A stretch of DNA of 61,666 bases, the filler included, from Myxococcota bacterium (lineage in GTDB: Bacteria; Myxococcota_C; UBA6777): NCBI GenBank assembly GCA_023150835.1. It is 9 parts of 9 records of this genome, joined end to end, with 100 filler letters (N's around TTAATTAATTAA, not from the genome) between each part and the next. Parts side by side here need not be neighbours in the genome. Positions count along the whole stretch, not along the records: positions 14,435 to 21,464 come from JAKLKB010000203.1; positions 21,565 to 28,583 come from JAKLKB010000204.1; positions 28,684 to 36,685 come from JAKLKB010000206.1; 6 more parts are not named here. One strand, written 5' to 3'. The notes under the pieces were generated by a model that worked only from the letters and a program-made list of their open reading frames with translations, did not search any database and had not been told where the DNA came from. The position numbers and the translations under genes were made by a program. This document shows, piece after piece, positions 19,504 to 28,818 of this stretch (its first letter is position 1; each line of letters starts with the position of its first letter).

Positions 19504-19743
19504 CGTTTTTGCGATACCTGCCGATTTTACGGTCCGAAGAGTGATTCTCTCTGGATGGCTTAAACGTACAGAGCGAAGTGGCGGCGAAGCCACGAAACTC
19601 AAACAGAGGGACTGTAGCAGGAAACAAAAAAATCCTCAATTCCTTAGGAAATAGGCGATTGAGAAGAAATGGCGATCTTGTCCGATAGACGGGTAGAATC
19701 GTTGAAAAGAAGGATGAGTATGGGTGGAGAGATCGAGGGTAGT

Positions 19744-21338
19744 TCAGTTGGGTTGGTGGTTGGTCCAACCTGTGGTCCAGTCGTTTTTGGGGTCAACTCC
19801 ACCGAGGAAATCGACCTTTTCGAGAAAGGCGTTGCCTTGGATCTGTTTGGCTCCTGTGAGGGCGGGAGATCCGGCTTTGGGGCGAAGGTCGGGTTTGGTG
19901 TAGTTGAAGGGGTCAGTCAGCATGGGATCAGCGATGCGGTTGTTTGGATTGAGGGTGTTAAAGAAATCCTCAACGCTGAAAGGGATATCGGGGCCGGATG
20001 CGCTTTTGAAAGGGCTTGCGCATTGAACGAGCGAGTGTTCGATGGCGAGCGTACCGTTGATTTTTGAGGTGGTGCTGTCCCATGATTTTTTGTAAGTGTC
20101 TGCATCATCGACGCGGATACATCCGCCTGTATAGTTCATAAAGATGGCGTTGTAGATCTTGCTGCCGACACCGCGTCGAAGTCGGAGGGCAGAGCCTTGT
20201 CCTGTGGTGTTTGCGCCGACGAAGGTCACGTTGGCGAGGGTGGGTTGGGTGCGGGGGGTGGCGTTGAAGTCGTTGACATTGTTGTCCGCTTCGATGCCGC
20301 TGTCTCCGAGGTTGGGGTATTGGAGTGCTACAAAGAATTGTCCTGTGCCACGCCATCCAAAGTCGTAGTCAAGGCTGTCATCGCCAGCGCCCGTGACGAG
20401 GATGTATTTGAAATTGACCGCACCGCCGAAGAATTCGACGCCATCGTCTTCGTTTCTGTGGACTTGGATGTATTCGACGGTGGTTCCCGAGCCGACGGCG
20501 TTAAAGGTGATGCCGTTGAGTTCGTTGTCGGGGCTGACAAGCCGCCCTGCGAATTCGACACGGACATAGCGCAAGACGCCGCTGCTGTCGTTGTCGTTGC
20601 TGCCGCCGTACCAGCCAGAACCACCTTCTCCGAAACCCTCGCAGGTTCCGAGTGGACTGTTGGGAACACAGTTGTTGAGGGTGGCGTTTCCGTTGAGGAC
20701 GAGGCCACCCCAGTCGCTTGGCTTGCGTTGTCCTTGGGGTTTGGCGGAAGTGGAGACAATGGGTTTTTCGCGTGTGCCTTCGGCAAAGATCTTGCTGTTG
20801 CGTCGGATGATCAAGATGCCGGGGGTTGTTGTTCGCCGACGATGGTGGTTCCGGGATCGATGCGCAAGTTGGCGGGTTTGACGTCATCACCGATGTTGAC
20901 GAGTCCGCGCAAGATCCATTTGATATCGGCGGTGAGGCGGACATCTTCGGTGTAGGTTCCTGTGAGGATGCAGGTTCCGGGTTCTTCGGAAGGGCAAGAT
21001 CCACAAGCGCCATCACGACAAACTTGTCCAGAGCCACAATCACTACTGGTCTTGCAGGGGCTACATTTTTTCTCGATACAAGCCAGACCTGCGCCACAAT
21101 CTTTGGCGGACTGGCAGGCTTGGCAGACACCTGCAACACAAGCGAGTTGATCAGCGCAATCGTTGCTGTCTTTGCATTGGGCGCATTTTCCGCTGACGCA
21201 AAAGCCGACGCGTGCGCAATCGGCGTCAGCACGGCAGTTGAGCGTTTTGTCGAAGGATTGATCGTAGGGGTTGTTGCGTTGGAGTTTTTCTTCGAGGTAA
21301 CAAGCTTGCAAAAAGAAAAAGAGGTAAGTAAGTATCAC
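19744..21338 (-). pseudogene. Frameshifted Cys-rich lipoprotein, paralog of 14625-16067 (ORFs 20811-21338 and 19744-20814)
   Basis: LQACYLEEKLQRNNPYD matches the paralog's SCYLDAQLQRTNPYD. The frame shifts at a C5 run (G5 on +, 20821-20825); adding one base gives ...GEQQPPGILIIRRNSKIFAEG. Confidence 0.8.
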
Positions 21339-21369
21339 TAAGTTTCTTCAACTTTCGCGCCCGAAGAAC

Positions 21370-21447
21370 GGGTTCGTTCAAAAAAGATGGCGATGAAGAG
21401 GTCACCGACGCAACAGAGATCGGGCAGGCACGGGGGCCTGCCCCTAC
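21370..21447 (-). repeat. Extended REP unit shared with 49449-49526
   Basis: GGGTTC.TTCAAAA..GCGATGAAGAGGTCA.CGACGCAACAGAG..GGGCAGGCACGGGGGCCTGCCCCTAC occurs at both contig ends. Confidence 0.8.
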
Positions 21448-21566
21448 GAAACACCGTGTGATTTNNNNNNNNNNNNNNNNNNNNNNNNNNNNNNNNNNNN
21501 NNNNNNNNTTAATTAATTAANNNNNNNNNNNNNNNNNNNNNNNNNNNNNNNNNNNNNNNNNNNNTT

Positions 21567-21668
21567 GGGCAGCCACAGGGGGCTGCCCCTACATTTGTAT
21601 GGTCGCATGATGTAGGGGCGGTTCGCGAACCGCCCGATTCTTGGGCAGCCACGCCTTGCTGCCCCTAC
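21567..21668. repeat. Cluster of three GTAG-type REP hairpins (BIME/REPIN-like)
   Basis: 21567-21592 (-), 21612-21635 (+), 21643-21668 (-); all are GGGC...GCCC stems with a GTAG/CTAC foot. Confidence 0.85.
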
Positions 21669-21760
21669 ATTTTTCGAATACGCAACGAGCGTATTTCGTA
21701 CAATCCGAAAAATACCGCGTTCTGCTTTGCATGGATGGTGCATCATCCGAAAGGTGTGGC

Positions 21761-22471
21761 ATGACCGAGTCTTCCGAACCTTCGCGCTCCTTGGCGGAGT
21801 CTTCCGCAATCGAACCTTCGCATCCTTTGGCTGGATCTTCCGCAACCGCGCCTTCGTTGTTTCGGAGTCCGTTTTTTTATGCGACGTTGTTGGGATTGAT
21901 CGGGATCCCGCTGCTTTATCTTGTGCTGCCAAGGCGCATCCCCAAACCGCCGCCCGTTTTGGGGCAATTGCCCGCCTTTGTCTTGCAAGATCAAGAAGGA
22001 AAGCCGTTTGGTTTAGAACAGATGAAAGGCTCGGTGTCTGTGGTGAGCTTTTTCTTTACACGCTGCCCAACGATCTGTCCCCGTCTGATGGGGCAAGTCG
22101 CCAAGTTGCAACGTCGCTACGAACAAGCGCAACTGCCGATGCGGCTGGTGAGTATCTCGGTGGACCCAGAACACGACCATTCGGTGCGTTTGCGTTCCTA
22201 TGGTCAGCGTTTGCGGGCGGACTTCAAGCGCTGGCGCTTTTTAACAGGCCCCCAAAAAAAGATCTACGCTCTCGCAGAGGCTGGTTTTTTAACCGCCGTT
22301 AACACCCAAAAAGAACGTCCATCGGTGATGGAATTGACGCACACAGAAAAGCTGATCTTGATCGATCAACGCGGGCAGATTCGGGGTTATTACGAGTCTT
22401 CTGATCTGGGGATCGATGAAGTGTTTCATCGCTCGATTCACGTTCTTCGACAACGCAACCTTGGGAGGTGA
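21761..22471 (+). CDS. SCO family copper chaperone
   Basis: FFFTRCPTICP (CxxxC), SISVDPEHD, conserved His in LTHTEK; N-terminal TM anchor. Confidence 0.9.
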   Translation: MTESSEPSRSLAESSAIEPSHPLAGSSATAPSLFRSPFFYATLLGLIGIPLLYLVLPRRIPKPPPVLGQLPAFVLQDQEGKPFGLEQMKGSVSVVSFFFTRCPTICPRLMGQVAKLQRRYEQAQLPMRLVSISVDPEHDHSVRLRSYGQRLRADFKRWRFLTGPQKKIYALAEAGFLTAVNTQKERPSVMELTHTEKLILIDQRGQIRGYYESSDLGIDEVFHRSIHVLRQRNLGR

Positions 22472-22551
22472 ACAATTCGATTTGCCGATTTTTCAAGTGG
22501 ATAGTGATCGTTGCTCGAAAACCCTACAAAGAAACTCTGGAATTCAAAGGC

Positions 22552-22580
22552 TTGCATCACAAAAAGAAGCGTGCTAATAC
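22552..22580 (+). promoter_or_regulatory. Candidate sigma70 promoter for the act operon
   Basis: TTGCAT-N17-TAATAC with extended -10 TG, about 230 nt upstream of actA. Confidence 0.35.
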
Positions 22581-22807
22581 GCAGGGCGCGATTCGGAAGA
22601 GGTTTGTGGAAGCGCGAGAATACACGAAAAAAAGCGTGGAAGATCAAACGTTTCAGTAGAAAGTGAGTCATCGTGCGATCCTGATCTTGCAGGGCCGAAA
22701 CACACGATCACAAAGCTCAGCCACCCAAGACCCTCCGTCTCCTACGCGTTCTCTTTGTAGCAGGTGATCTCCGCTTAACTCTCTTAGACAAACAAAGGTG
22801 AAAGACC

Positions 22808-23539
22808 GTGGCCGTCATCTTTCCGCGTTGGACCAACCGATTGCCCCTAATGCTGCTTGGATTTGTAGCGGCAGGGGGCGCATTTGCAACCTTTGGCGTA
22901 TGGTACTGGTTTTCTCCCGAGTTTACGGACGTGGGGTATGCCCCCGTCCAACCCGTGGCGTTCAGTCATAAACTGCACGCGGGCGAACTTGGGATGGATT
23001 GCCGTTATTGCCATTCGACCGTCGAAAAAGCTGCGCACGCCGCTGTGCCGCCGACGGCGGTCTGTATGGGATGCCATACCCAAGTCCTCCCCAAAAGCCC
23101 CAAGCTCGAACTCGTGCGCCAAAGCTATCAAACAGGCAAGCCGATTCCTTGGGTGCGTGTGCATATGCTCCCTGATTACTCGTTCTTTGATCACAGCGTA
23201 CACGTTGCAGCAGGCGTTGGATGCGCCAGTTGTCACGGTCGGATCGACAAGATGACCCGCGTGTACCAGCACCAACCACTGAGTATGGGCTGGTGTCTCG
23301 ATTGCCACCGCGATCCGAACAAACACCTCCGCCCAAGCAACAAAGTGACGCAGATGGATTGGGAGGGTTCCACTCAACAAGTGGCCTATAATCCGTCGAA
23401 AGATCCAAGCCGCGCACGTCGCAAAGATATCGCAGCGCACCGCGACTTGATGAAAAAAGGTCACACGATCCGCGTTGCCAAAAATCCCCATGATGTAGTT
23501 GTCAATCCACCCGAACATTGCTCTGGATGCCACCGATGA
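22808..23539 (+). CDS. actA: Alternative complex III pentaheme cytochrome c subunit
   Basis: Five CxxCH motifs (CRYCH, CMGCH, CASCH, CLDCH, CSGCH), N-terminal TM, QPVAFSHKLH. Confidence 0.92.
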   Translation: MAVIFPRWTNRLPLMLLGFVAAGGAFATFGVWYWFSPEFTDVGYAPVQPVAFSHKLHAGELGMDCRYCHSTVEKAAHAAVPPTAVCMGCHTQVLPKSPKLELVRQSYQTGKPIPWVRVHMLPDYSFFDHSVHVAAGVGCASCHGRIDKMTRVYQHQPLSMGWCLDCHRDPNKHLRPSNKVTQMDWEGSTQQVAYNPSKDPSRARRKDIAAHRDLMKKGHTIRVAKNPHDVVVNPPEHCSGCHR

Positions 23540-26500
23540 AAAAAGACTTGCAAGATCCAAAATATGCTGCGGTGAGCGAGAGTGCAGAGGTCAGCGTATC
23601 CGAACCACAGGATGCACAGACCGAGCCGCAGGCTTTCTGGCGAAGTATCGAAGATAAAGAAGGAAATCCCACCTTCCCAGCCTCTTGGGATTACGAATAC
23701 ACTCCCGATGCACAAGAGATCGCCGAGTATACCAACGTCAGCCGTCGTCAATTTCTCGGACTGATGGGTGCATCGGCTGCTCTTGCGGGTGTCGTTTCGA
23801 CAGGTTGTTTGCGTAAGCCAGTCGAGCGCATCTTGCCGTATGCCAAACGACCCGAAGAACTGATCCCGGGCAAACCGCTGTTTTTTGCAACGGCTACCCA
23901 CATTGGAAACGCTGTGTTGGGCTTGTTGGTGGAAAGCCAAGATGGCCGACCCACCAAGGTTGAAGGAAACCCCGAACATCCGATGAGCTACGGAGCGACG
24001 GATGTGTGGGCGCAGTCCTCTGTTCTCGATCTGTATGATCCCGATCGTGGGCAGTTTCCGACCCATGCTCAAAAACAAGCGACATGGGATGCCGTGTTTC
24101 AAGCCCTCAAAGGCCAACTCGAAACACTCGGAAAGAAGGGCGGCGAAGGGCTTGCTATCCTCAGCGAAGCGATTCCGTCCCCGACGTTCCACGATCTGCT
24201 TGCAACGCTGAAAGCGCGCCTGCCCAAGTCTCGGTACTTTTGTTATGACACGGCGGATACTCCCCAAACATCCGAAGGTTTGGCGATGGCTGGAGCCGCC
24301 GAGACTCAAGTCAGCTACGCCCTCAACAAAGCCGATGTGATCCTTTCGCTCGAATACGATTTCCTCGGACACGAGGGAGATTCCGTTCGCCAAGCGCGTT
24401 TGTTTGCAGCACGTCGCAAGATCGACAAACAGATGTGCCGTTTGTATGCCGTCGAAGGGACATTTACAACGACGGGCGCAGCCGCTGATCACCGCCTCCG
24501 CGTTCAAAGTAGCCAAGTCGGCGAATTCTTGGGTGCGTTGGTCGCTCATCTGGCCGAGCAAAAACACATCGCGGTGGAGGCTGGATTGCTTGCCAACTTG
24601 AGCAAGCGTGCGGAAGCTGCGAAAAAGACCCACGGTGGGGACTTTGCGAAGTGGATTCCAGTTGTTGCGGAAGATCTGGTCGCCCACAAAGGCCGCGCTG
24701 CGGTGATGGTGGGTGAGTCGCAATCGAAGCATGTCCACGCACTCGGTGCGTTGCTCAACGATGCGCTCGGAAACATCGGCCAAGACAAGCCTGTTCAATT
24801 CTTCTCAAAAGGCAACACCGCAGCGGCAGGTTCGCTGCTTGATCTGGTGGCCTCTGCGTTCAAAGGCCAAGTGCAAACCTTGATCATCCTCGGCGGAAAC
24901 CCCGTATACAACGCCCCCGCCGATGTGGACTTTGCAAAGCTGTTGCAGCGTATCCCGTTCTCGTTGCATCACAGCTTCTATTCGGACGAAACATCCGCGC
25001 TGACGACGTGGTACGCGCCGATGAGCCATTATCTCGAAGCATGGGGCGATCTGCGCGCAACCGACGGCACCACAGCGATCCGTCAACCGTTGATCGCACC
25101 GCTGTTTGACACGATTTCAGAGATCGAGATGTTGTCGTTTGTTGCGGGCGAAGCAAGCAACAAAGGCCATGATCTTGTGCGCGCCTACTGGAAAAAAACA
25201 GTCGGCGATGTCGGGTTTGAAGGCAAATGGCGCGCTTGGTTACACGACGGTGTGATCGATGGAACCCGTGAGAAAGTCAAAGGCGTCTCCGTAAAAGCTT
25301 CCAAACTGGTCGATGCGTGGGGCGGATCCCCTGAGGCGGTATCCAAAGGCAACAGCTTTGAGCTTCGCTTTGTTCTGGACAACAAAGTCCACGACGGTCG
25401 TTTTGCCAACAACGCTTGGCTCCAAGAACTGCCTGATCCGATGACCAAACTGACGTGGGACAACGCAGCGTTGCTGTCACCCAAAACAGCCGCAGCACTC
25501 GGCGTCAGCAACGGGACATGGGTCGAGATCAGCATCCAAGGTCGAAAGGCCGAGATGCCCGTGTTTTTTGCGCCCGGTATCGCCGAGAATACGATCGCCT
25601 TGCCGCTCGGTTATGGTCGCGCTTGGGGCCGCGTCTCGAAGGGATGCGGATTCAATACCTATCCGCTGCGTAGCTCGCTGACGATGTACCACGCCAAGGG
25701 CGCGTCGGTGAAAAAGCTCGACAAAGAAAATTACGAACTGGCTTCGACCCAAGAACACGGTCGTCTCGAAGAACCGATTACAGGGCGCAGCCGAAAAGAT
25801 GCGATCTTCCGCGAACTGCCGCTTGCGGGTTATCTCGAACTCAAAGAGAAAAATCCGGGCTTCATGGAAGATTACGAACTGATGCCCAAGAACAAGATCA
25901 AGTCCTTGTGGAAAGAACCCAATGAGCGTGGCGGCCATCAATGGGGGATGACCATCGACTTGACGTCTTGCACAGGTTGCAACGTTTGTACAGTCGCATG
26001 CCAAGCCGAAAACAACATCCCAGTGGTCGGAAAAGCTCGCGTGCTCAAAGGCCGAGAGATGCACTGGATCCGCTTGGATCGCTACTACACCGGACCTGTG
26101 GAGAATCCCGAAGCCGCGTTGCAGCCCGTCGCTTGTGTTCACTGCGAAACAGCGCCTTGCGAAAACGTCTGCCCAGTTGCTGCAACGGCCCACAGCCCCG
26201 AAGGGATGAACGATATCGCGTACAACCGCTGTATCGGAACACGTTATTGCGCCAACAACTGCCCCTACAAAGTGCGTCGTTTTAACTACTTCAACTTTAA
26301 CAAAGAAAACGACGAACAAAACGCGCTGCTACAGATGCAACGCAACCCCGATGTGACAGTTCGTTTCCGTGGTGTGATCGAGAAATGCAGCTACTGCGTG
26401 CAGCGCGTTAGCGAAGCCAAGATCTACGCCAAAGCCAACGGTGACGGCTATGTCAAAGATGCCTATGCGTTCGCCAAAGTGAACGCCGATGGTGTCGAGG

Positions 26501-26859
26501 TCGTCAACGCGACTGAACTCAAAGAGTCGGTGGTTCCGGCCTGTGCGCAAGCCTGCCCGTCGCAAGCCATCGTATTCGGAGATATCAACAATCCTCAAAG
26601 TCGCGTCTCTCAACACAAAAAAGAAGCACGCGATTATGCGGTGTTGCGCGAATTGAACATTCGCCCGCGCACGACTTATTTGGCGCAGATCCGCAATCGC
26701 AACCCCAAGATCGCGCCGAAGTTGCAAGGCAAGGCAGCGGAACTCCTCGAAGGTGGTGTGAAACCCGCCAAGGCAGGCCATGCTGCACATCACGGACACG
26801 ACAAGCACCACGACAAGAGCAAAGGCGGCCAACACGACAAGGGAAAGAGCGGCCACTAA
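23536..26859 (+). CDS. actB: Alternative complex III subunit B (Tat-exported molybdopterin-oxidoreductase-like domain fused to Fe-S domain)
   Basis: SRRQFL Tat motif, GRPTKVEGNPEHP, CTGCNVCTVAC, CVHCETAPC, CIGTRYCANNCPY, CSYC; ATGA overlap with actA. Confidence 0.93.
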   Translation: MKKDLQDPKYAAVSESAEVSVSEPQDAQTEPQAFWRSIEDKEGNPTFPASWDYEYTPDAQEIAEYTNVSRRQFLGLMGASAALAGVVSTGCLRKPVERILPYAKRPEELIPGKPLFFATATHIGNAVLGLLVESQDGRPTKVEGNPEHPMSYGATDVWAQSSVLDLYDPDRGQFPTHAQKQATWDAVFQALKGQLETLGKKGGEGLAILSEAIPSPTFHDLLATLKARLPKSRYFCYDTADTPQTSEGLAMAGAAETQVSYALNKADVILSLEYDFLGHEGDSVRQARLFAARRKIDKQMCRLYAVEGTFTTTGAAADHRLRVQSSQVGEFLGALVAHLAEQKHIAVEAGLLANLSKRAEAAKKTHGGDFAKWIPVVAEDLVAHKGRAAVMVGESQSKHVHALGALLNDALGNIGQDKPVQFFSKGNTAAAGSLLDLVASAFKGQVQTLIILGGNPVYNAPADVDFAKLLQRIPFSLHHSFYSDETSALTTWYAPMSHYLEAWGDLRATDGTTAIRQPLIAPLFDTISEIEMLSFVAGEASNKGHDLVRAYWKKTVGDVGFEGKWRAWLHDGVIDGTREKVKGVSVKASKLVDAWGGSPEAVSKGNSFELRFVLDNKVHDGRFANNAWLQELPDPMTKLTWDNAALLSPKTAAALGVSNGTWVEISIQGRKAEMPVFFAPGIAENTIALPLGYGRAWGRVSKGCGFNTYPLRSSLTMYHAKGASVKKLDKENYELASTQEHGRLEEPITGRSRKDAIFRELPLAGYLELKEKNPGFMEDYELMPKNKIKSLWKEPNERGGHQWGMTIDLTSCTGCNVCTVACQAENNIPVVGKARVLKGREMHWIRLDRYYTGPVENPEAALQPVACVHCETAPCENVCPVAATAHSPEGMNDIAYNRCIGTRYCANNCPYKVRRFNYFNFNKENDEQNALLQMQRNPDVTVRFRGVIEKCSYCVQRVSEAKIYAKANGDGYVKDAYAFAKVNADGVEVVNATELKESVVPACAQACPSQAIVFGDINNPQSRVSQHKKEARDYAVLRELNIRPRTTYLAQIRNRNPKIAPKLQGKAAELLEGGVKPAKAGHAAHHGHDKHHDKSKGGQHDKGKSGH

Positions 26860-26880
26860 GAACGGCGGTTCGTCTCTTTC

Positions 26881-26964
26881 TCTCGTTGTATCCGTCTTCA
26901 AGACGGGTGGGCATTGAAACATTCATCTCGTTGCATCCGTCTCAAAGACGGGTGGGCATTGAAA
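26881..26964 (+). repeat. Two 39-bp hairpin-containing direct repeats (period 45) between actB and actC
   Basis: TCTCGTTG(T/C)ATCCGTCT(TCA/CAA)AGACGGGTGGGCATTGAAA x2. Confidence 0.85.
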
Positions 26965-26980
26965 TTGGGTAGTGAAGATC

Positions 26981-28405
26981 ATGGTTTCACGTTCTGAATA
27001 CTACGATTCACAGGTTCGCTATGCTGATCCGACCGAAGGTCGTGCCCCGCTGGTGTTGGGTGACACTTCTTTCCACCGAATCACCGAGTCCGTGACACAA
27101 CCGATCGAGTCCCCGACACCGATCGGCTGGTTTATGTTCTTTTTCGTCGCGTTGTGTGGTCTGGCGATCTTGGGCGCAAGTGTCGGCTACTTGTTTTGGG
27201 AAGGCGTCGGGATCTGGGGCGTCAACAACCCTGTTGGATGGGGTTGGGCGATCGTTAACTTCGTCTTTTGGGTGGGTATCGGCCACGCTGGGACGCTGAT
27301 CTCCGCTGTGTTGTTCTTGTTCCGCCAAAAATGGCGCACCTCGATCAACCGTGCCGCCGAAGCGATGACGCTTTTTGCGGTGGCGTGCGCGTTGATCTTC
27401 CCCGGTATCCACACAGGTCGGGTCTGGATGGCGTACTACATGTTGCCGATCCCCAACCAGATGCTGATGTGGCCGCAGTTCCGCAGTCCGCTGATCTGGG
27501 ATATCTTTGCGGTCAGCATCTACGGAACCGTCTCGCTGTTGTTTTGGTACGTGGGTTTGATCCCTGACCTCGCGACCATGCGCGACCGCGCAAAGACCAA
27601 ACTTCGTCGCATCTTGTACGGCTTCTTTGCGCTCGGTTGGCGCGGTTCGCACCGTCATTGGCTGAACTACGAACGCGCCTATCTGTTGCTTGCTGCACTC
27701 GCTACACCGCTCGTTCTTTCCGTCCACTCGATCGTCTCCTTCGACTTTGCCACCTCCCAACTTCCGGGATGGCACACCACGATCTTCCCGCCTTACTTCG
27801 TTGCAGGCGCGATCTTCTCGGGCTTTGCGATGGTGATCACGCTGATGGTCTTTACGCGGGTGATCTTCAAACTCGAACACCTGATCACGATCCGCCACTT
27901 TGAGAATATGGCCAAGATCATCCTGTTGACGGGTTCTTTGGTCGGCTATGCTTATACGATGGAGTTCTTCATCGCATGGTACAGCGGCAACGGTTACGAA
28001 ACCTTTGCCTTTATCAACCGCGCTTTTGGTCCCTATTATTGGGCGTATTGGACGATGTTTAGCTGCAACGTCTTTGTTCCTCAGATCTTTTGGTTCAAAT
28101 GGGCGCGCACCAATATCGTGGTGCTCTTTATCGTCTCGATCTTCGTCAACATCGGGATGTGGTTTGAGCGTTTCGTGATCACGGTGACGTCCTTGCATCG
28201 GGACTTTTTGCCTTCGAGCTGGGGCTATTTTGTTCCGACGATCTGGGACGTGCTGACCTTTGTGGGCAGCTTTGGATTGTTCTTTACCTTGTACTCGCTG
28301 TTTGTGCGCTTTTTGCCTGTCGTGGCGATCGCCGAAGTCAAAACCGTTGTACCCGAAGCAGACCCCCATTTTCACCCCAAAGAAGACGCCGGACACGCGG
28401 CGTAA
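26981..28405 (+). CDS. actC: Alternative complex III membrane subunit C (NrfD/PsrC family)
   Basis: [46 protein letters not shown]; multiple TM helices. Confidence 0.94.
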   Translation: MVSRSEYYDSQVRYADPTEGRAPLVLGDTSFHRITESVTQPIESPTPIGWFMFFFVALCGLAILGASVGYLFWEGVGIWGVNNPVGWGWAIVNFVFWVGIGHAGTLISAVLFLFRQKWRTSINRAAEAMTLFAVACALIFPGIHTGRVWMAYYMLPIPNQMLMWPQFRSPLIWDIFAVSIYGTVSLLFWYVGLIPDLATMRDRAKTKLRRILYGFFALGWRGSHRHWLNYERAYLLLAALATPLVLSVHSIVSFDFATSQLPGWHTTIFPPYFVAGAIFSGFAMVITLMVFTRVIFKLEHLITIRHFENMAKIILLTGSLVGYAYTMEFFIAWYSGNGYETFAFINRAFGPYYWAYWTMFSCNVFVPQIFWFKWARTNIVVLFIVSIFVNIGMWFERFVITVTSLHRDFLPSSWGYFVPTIWDVLTFVGSFGLFFTLYSLFVRFLPVVAIAEVKTVVPEADPHFHPKEDAGHAA

Positions 28406-28443
28406 GCCCACGGCTTTTGCTTTGCAAAAAGGATCTACGGTCA

Positions 28444-28583
28444 GTCAATGACCCACCCCTAAAGGGGCGGGCTTGTTTCGGCAAGTCCGGTTGACCAGAC
28501 GACAACAGAGGAAGTGGCGCAAGCCAAGTTGTTTGTAAACGATAGAGAGTATGTAGAGACCCTCGGATGCCGCCTCAGTTCGG
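28444..28583 (+). ncRNA. 5' part of an IscB omegaRNA/HEARO RNA (IS200/IS605-superfamily element end), truncated by the contig end
   Basis: GTCAATGACCCACCCCTAAAGGGGCGGGCTTG...CAAGTCCGGTTGACCAG...ACCCTCGGATGCCGCCTCAGTTCGG follows the GTCAA...GTTGACCAG and CGGATG...CAGT pattern of HEARO RNAs. Confidence 0.8.
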
Positions 28584-28683
28584 NNNNNNNNNNNNNNNNN
28601 NNNNNNNNNNNNNNNNNNNNNNNNNNNTTAATTAATTAANNNNNNNNNNNNNNNNNNNNNNNNNNNNNNNNNNNNNNNNNNNN

Positions 28684-28818
28684 AAACCCTCGCCACTTCC
28701 GTCAATGTCAAGAAGGCCACCACTCGGCTGGCCGCACGAACCACCACCCTCACAACACAAAGAAAGGGCGGCGCTTCCTCCCCCCTCTAAAGAAGGGGGT
28801 CTCCGCGCCTTAAAAACG
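28684..28818 (+). mobile_element. iscB: 3' end of an IscB element: IscB C-terminal tail plus terminal hairpin
   Basis: 28686-28790 reads TLATSVNVKKATTRLAARTTTLTTQRKGGASSPL*. Hairpin GGCGCTTCCTCCCCCCTCTAAAGAAGGGGGTCTCCGCGCC parallels the end at 35839-35890; followed by ATGA. Confidence 0.7.

Noticed and set aside
22660-22715. Possible ribozyme or riboswitch in the long act leader (CTGATC...CCGAAAC within a stem)
   Set aside because: Lacks the CUGANGA hammerhead core and matches no riboswitch consensus I can recognise.
28444-28818. Treating the omegaRNA start (contig 4 end) and the IscB tail (contig 5 start) as one element spanning the gap
   Set aside because: The linker is artificial, and the gene after the tail is an FN3 lipoprotein rather than the expected actD. 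They are probably different insertions.
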